Source of the DNA: the human T2T-CHM13v2.0 reference genome, Homo sapiens
Direction: 5' to 3' (one strand)
Assembly: GCF_009914755.1 (NCBI RefSeq)
Contig: NC_060938.1
Length of the DNA: 64,000 bases
Of the stretch, positions 61,801 to 64,000 are shown in pieces. Positions within the stretch are counted from its first letter, which is position 1. The number at the start of each line of letters is the position of its first letter. Under the pieces are notes generated by a model, which was given only the letters and a program-made list of their open reading frames with translations, was not told the origin of the DNA and ran no database searches. Both the position numbers and the translations under genes were made by a program.

Positions 61801-62326
61801 AGGTGGGGTCCACTGAGCAAAATCATTTGGCTCCCTGGCTTTAGTCCCCTTTCCGGGGGAGACAATGGTTCTGTCTCATGGAGTTCCAGGCGCCACTGGG
61901 GTACAAAAAAAAAACTCCGGCAGCTAGTTCAGTGTCTGCCCAAATGACCGCCTAGTTTTATGCTTGAAACCCAGGGCCCTTGTGGTGTAGGCACCCAAGA
62001 GAATCTCCTGTCTGTGGGTTGCAAAGGCCGTGGGAAAAGCATAGTATCTGGGCCAGATAGCACCATCCCTCACAACAGGGTCTCTCACAGCTTCCTTTGG
62101 CTAGGGGAGGGAGTTCCCTGACCCCTTGCCATTCCCGGGTGAGGCAATGGCAATGCCCCACCTTGCTTCTGCTCGCCCTCTGTGGGCTGCACCCACTGTC
62201 TAACCAGTCCCAATGAGATGAACCGGGTACCTCAGTCAGAAATGCAGAAATCATCTGCCTTCTGAGTTGGTCTGCTGGGAACTACAGACCGGAGCTGTTC
62301 ATATTCAACCATCTTGCCCGGGAATC
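55871..62326 (-). mobile_element. Full-length L1PA7-like LINE-1, defective
   Basis: 5' ggcaagatggttgaatatgaacagctcc; ORF1 about 60985-59961 and ORF2 about 59897-56078 remnants; 3' atcccagaacttaaagtataat; 14-bp TSD tgaaattctttttt at 55857-55870 and 62327-62340. Confidence 0.96.
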
Positions 62327-63381
62327 TGAAATTCTTTTTTGTTAAATCCAACATCTGGTTATCTTTGGGTCAGTCTTTTCAGTATGGGTCACATTTTCTT
62401 ATATCTTCATGTCCAGTAATTTTGGATTATACCTGGATATTGTGAATGATACATTGTGGAAAATCTGGATTCTTTCTGTTTCTCCAAAGAGGTTCATTTT
62501 TGTTTGCTTATATTGGCAAAAAGTTAACTAGGCTGTACTCAAACTCCAGACTCTGAAATCTCAGTTCAGTTCTTTTGGCCTTGGCTGGGTAGCTTGGAGT
62601 CTTCCTGGACATGTGTAGCTCAGGGGGCAGTCAGATATTTTGGCAGTTAATATACAGGATTTGGGGGCTCCCTCTTTGTGGCTCTCTTTTCCAGGATTCC
62701 TTCCTTACCTTCAGCTGCTGGCTGCCTCAAGCCCTGTCCTCAGTAAGGATGTGGGTTTTCTATCTATGCTTTGTTTTCTTAGTATACCATCTGAGACTTC
62801 TCTTCAGGCTAAAATCTATAAGAAATTGGAAACCCACCCAGTGCCACTCCCTTTCTCCAAATGTCCATCCATAATTCATATGCATGTGCCTGCTTTGGCT
62901 TGATTTCTAATGCCTTCCGAAGGTTGTGTTTTTATTTTATGCAGAGTTTGTCGTTATTTGAGAGAGGGTTATTCTGACAGAAGCTACTCTACCATTACCA
63001 GAAGCAGAAACCAACACTTGCCATTAAAATCCAGAAATTTTCTGTCTATTGCCTCTAGTGTTTGTCTGATTTTTAATCCAGTTAGAAGCTCAATGAAATC
63101 TTTCCTTCTCTCTGTGCTTCCTTGTGTCCTTCCTTCCCTGGGGCTATAAGATTCAACCTCACTGTCTAATGTTAATGCTGAAAGTGCTAAAAGAAATAAG
63201 AAAACGCATAGATAAATATTTCAAAATATGCTTCTATAAATGTATGTATATTGTGGAGGAGTTACAACATTAAAACAATAATTTGAACGAATTAGGTCAC
63301 CAGTCAAAGATGCCCTGAAGAAGGGCCAATGAGAAGAGGGAGTGCATAGGCAATAAAAACACCTAGAGCTAAAAACAAAAC

Positions 63382-63384
<3 letters not shown>

Positions 63385-63418
<34 letters not shown>
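63385..63418 (+). repeat. (CA)n microsatellite
   Basis: Directly visible. Confidence 0.97.
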
Positions 63419-63422
<4 letters not shown>

Positions 63423-64000
63423 AGCTGAGTGAGAGACAGATGCAGGTGAAACCCCTTAGTGAGGTGGCAGCAAGGGGAGAAGAGGGAGACATCTGGCAGG
63501 TGAAGGAGATGCTCCAAAGATAGCATAGAACCCCTCAAAATGAGAAATCCCCAAATTTTAGAATAATTATTTCATGGCACTTTAAGACTGATACTTAACA
63601 AATTACCTAAATCTAAAAGCTTTATTTTAGAGACAAGGAGACTGAGCCCCACACTTTGCCTGACTCATAATTTAGTCAAGATGCCTACTCCTCCCAGCAC
63701 AGTGTTGGTGCTGTCATATTATTTTTAGCAACAGCCTGGTACCTGTTCACACCTTCTTTTGGTTGGTTTTTTGACTAATCAACGTTGTGTGTGATAGCTT
63801 TAGGTCTCAGCCATTCAGGTGATGCTTAAACATGATGGGGAATTCTAACATAGAACTTTTTGGGTTTTTTTCTATGTATATCTCAGAGTTTAAGTCACAG
63901 CAGAGTGAATTGAAGCTTTTTTATGATTGTGTAGAAAACCCTAGGCTCCAACTCTCTTTTCTAATTATGATAAAGCCACGTGGCCTGTCTCGGATTGCTT

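Overview
Primate, most likely human, AT-rich and repeat-dense non-coding DNA. It contains no intact protein-coding gene, rRNA, tRNA or CRISPR array, and nearly all long ORFs in the track are broken LINE-1 ORF1/ORF2 pieces or Alu artefacts. The main elements are three full-length but disabled LINE-1s (L1PA4/5-like 2356-8496 +, L1PB1-like 12431-19569 +, L1PA7-like 55871-62326 -), several truncated L1s, about 17 Alu/FLAM copies, MaLR/ERVL solo LTRs, Tigger2a, MER5, and MIR/L2 relics, many nested with readable target-site duplications (TSDs). The most notable non-routine observations are: (1) an old, TSD-flanked, intronless retrocopy of RIPPLY3/DSCR6 on the minus strand (53274-54768), inside an ancient L1M; (2) a 229-bp insertion in the L1PB1 copied in cis from 1.5 kb downstream in the same element; (3) an 87-nt fold-back hairpin built from the L2 segment that gave rise to the miR-28/151 family; (4) a 35-nt tailless U2 snRNA retropseudogene; (5) a near-consensus AluYc1-like insertion. 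I see no support for a new multi-gene system. Subfamily names and parent-protein comparisons rely on recalled consensus sequences and need RepeatMasker/BLAST confirmation.
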